The notes under the pieces are model-generated. The model searched no databases. It had not been told where the DNA came from and saw only the letters and a list, made by a program, of their open reading frames with translations. Shown here one piece after another: positions 61,922-64,000 of a stretch of DNA of 64,000 nt. Source of the DNA: Polyangiales bacterium. GTDB lineage: Bacteria > Myxococcota_A > Polyangia > Polyangiales > Polyangiaceae. Positions within the stretch are counted from its first letter, which is position 1, and each line of letters starts with the position of its first letter. Location: contig JBBRNJ010000042.1 in the NCBI GenBank assembly GCA_038230375.1, forward strand, positions 1 to 64,000, in the 5' to 3' direction. Both the position numbers and the translations under genes were made by a program.

Positions 61922-62005
61922 CGAGACGCGCGTGACCCCTCCCCAACGCGTGCGTCTTCGGAGCGCCCGGCGAGAAACCCCTACTCGGCCGGGCGCTTGC
62001 TTTTT
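61922..62005 (+). ncRNA. Candidate small RNA, or tandem terminator hairpins, with two ACCCCT loops and a T tract
   Basis: Stems 61924-61957 and 61962-61997, both loops contain ACCCCT, TTTTT at 62001-62005. Confidence 0.35.
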
Positions 62006-62017
62006 ACGCTCAGACGC

Positions 62018-62596
62018 TCAGGTGTTTTCGATCAGCACGTCGCCCGTGAGGCGCGCGATATCGAGGTCTTCGGCATGCGCGCGACCGCGCACGATGGCCC
62101 AGCGGACTGCGTTGCGCATGGCATAGGCTGCGGAGAGCGCGGCACGCACCGTGGGGAAGATCCACGAGAGCACTCCCGGCTGCACGTTGTGCCATGCGTA
62201 GACGACGAGCGTCACGTCGGTGTCGGGCGCGAGATCCGGCGACAGATGAACGCCTGAGTCGATCGCCAGACCTGCCGTTTCCGAGTCGCTCGCGACCGGC
62301 ACCGCGTTGCCAAGGGCTCCCGCGACAGCAGCACCGAGCTGCGACACCTCGGCGAGCTGCGACAGGGCGGGCAGCTCGGGAACGTCGATGTCGTGCTTCG
62401 CCGGCTCCATCGAGGACGGCAACTTGGCGCGCATCGGGATAATTCCTCCGACCACCGAGATCCCGTTCGCTTCGCTGGTGGCGCCATCCGCCCGTGCGTT
62501 CGTGGTCACCCGGATATCGTGTCCCGCGTCTGCGACCGGGCGATGCCGTGTGCCGTACGTTCTCGTGACGATCTTGGCCTGACTTCGCTTTGACAT
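62018..62596 (-). CDS. Hypothetical protein
   Basis: Coding-like ORF with a globular C-terminus (VVYAWHNV...MRNAVRWAIVRG). Start uncertain. Confidence 0.7.
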   Translation of the reverse strand: MSKRSQAKIVTRTYGTRHRPVADAGHDIRVTTNARADGATSEANGISVVGGIIPMRAKLPSSMEPAKHDIDVPELPALSQLAEVSQLGAAVAGALGNAVPVASDSETAGLAIDSGVHLSPDLAPDTDVTLVVYAWHNVQPGVLSWIFPTVRAALSAAYAMRNAVRWAIVRGRAHAEDLDIARLTGDVLIENT

Positions 62597-62730
62597 CGTC
62601 GAACTACCCCCCCAGAACAAACCTGCATATGGCCTAGAAACCGAGCTCTCGTAAAGGGAGAATTTTACAAAAGAACTGTCGCATTGCGTCATCGGCTACA
62701 CTGCGTGGACTCCCTTCCGGGTGGCTACCC

Positions 62731-64000
<1,270 letters not shown>

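Overview
High-GC bacterial DNA that looks myxobacterial (many Ser/Thr kinases, DUF4388, Cys/Asp-rich lipoproteins, tmRNA tag ANDNAIVLAA); the taxonomy is an inference. Positions 1-~3976 are one end of an integrative element (degenerate serine recombinase, ArdC, orphan, excisionase, tyrosine integrase) abutting the 3' end of the tmRNA gene (3977-4328, minus strand). The most interesting region is 5953-13839, a compact same-strand cluster: GNAT-fold protein, a tiny ORF (MKKFATGTF behind a perfect AGGAGG), a strong hairpin, a heme-oxygenase-like diiron oxidase, a compact YcaO, then a 1782-aa Ser/Thr kinase-ATPase-GAF-histidine kinase-receiver protein. I read this as a candidate RiPP with an ultra-short precursor, possibly coupled to a sensor. 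The remainder is mostly core genome (sspB, livMGF, pssA, hemA, hemC, corA, udk, sthA, kup, a NamZ-like enzyme, signalling proteins), plus a hexamer microsatellite, a degenerate HD-GYP hybrid protein and a candidate sRNA with twin C-rich loops. All calls come from reading motifs by eye; no database searches were run.
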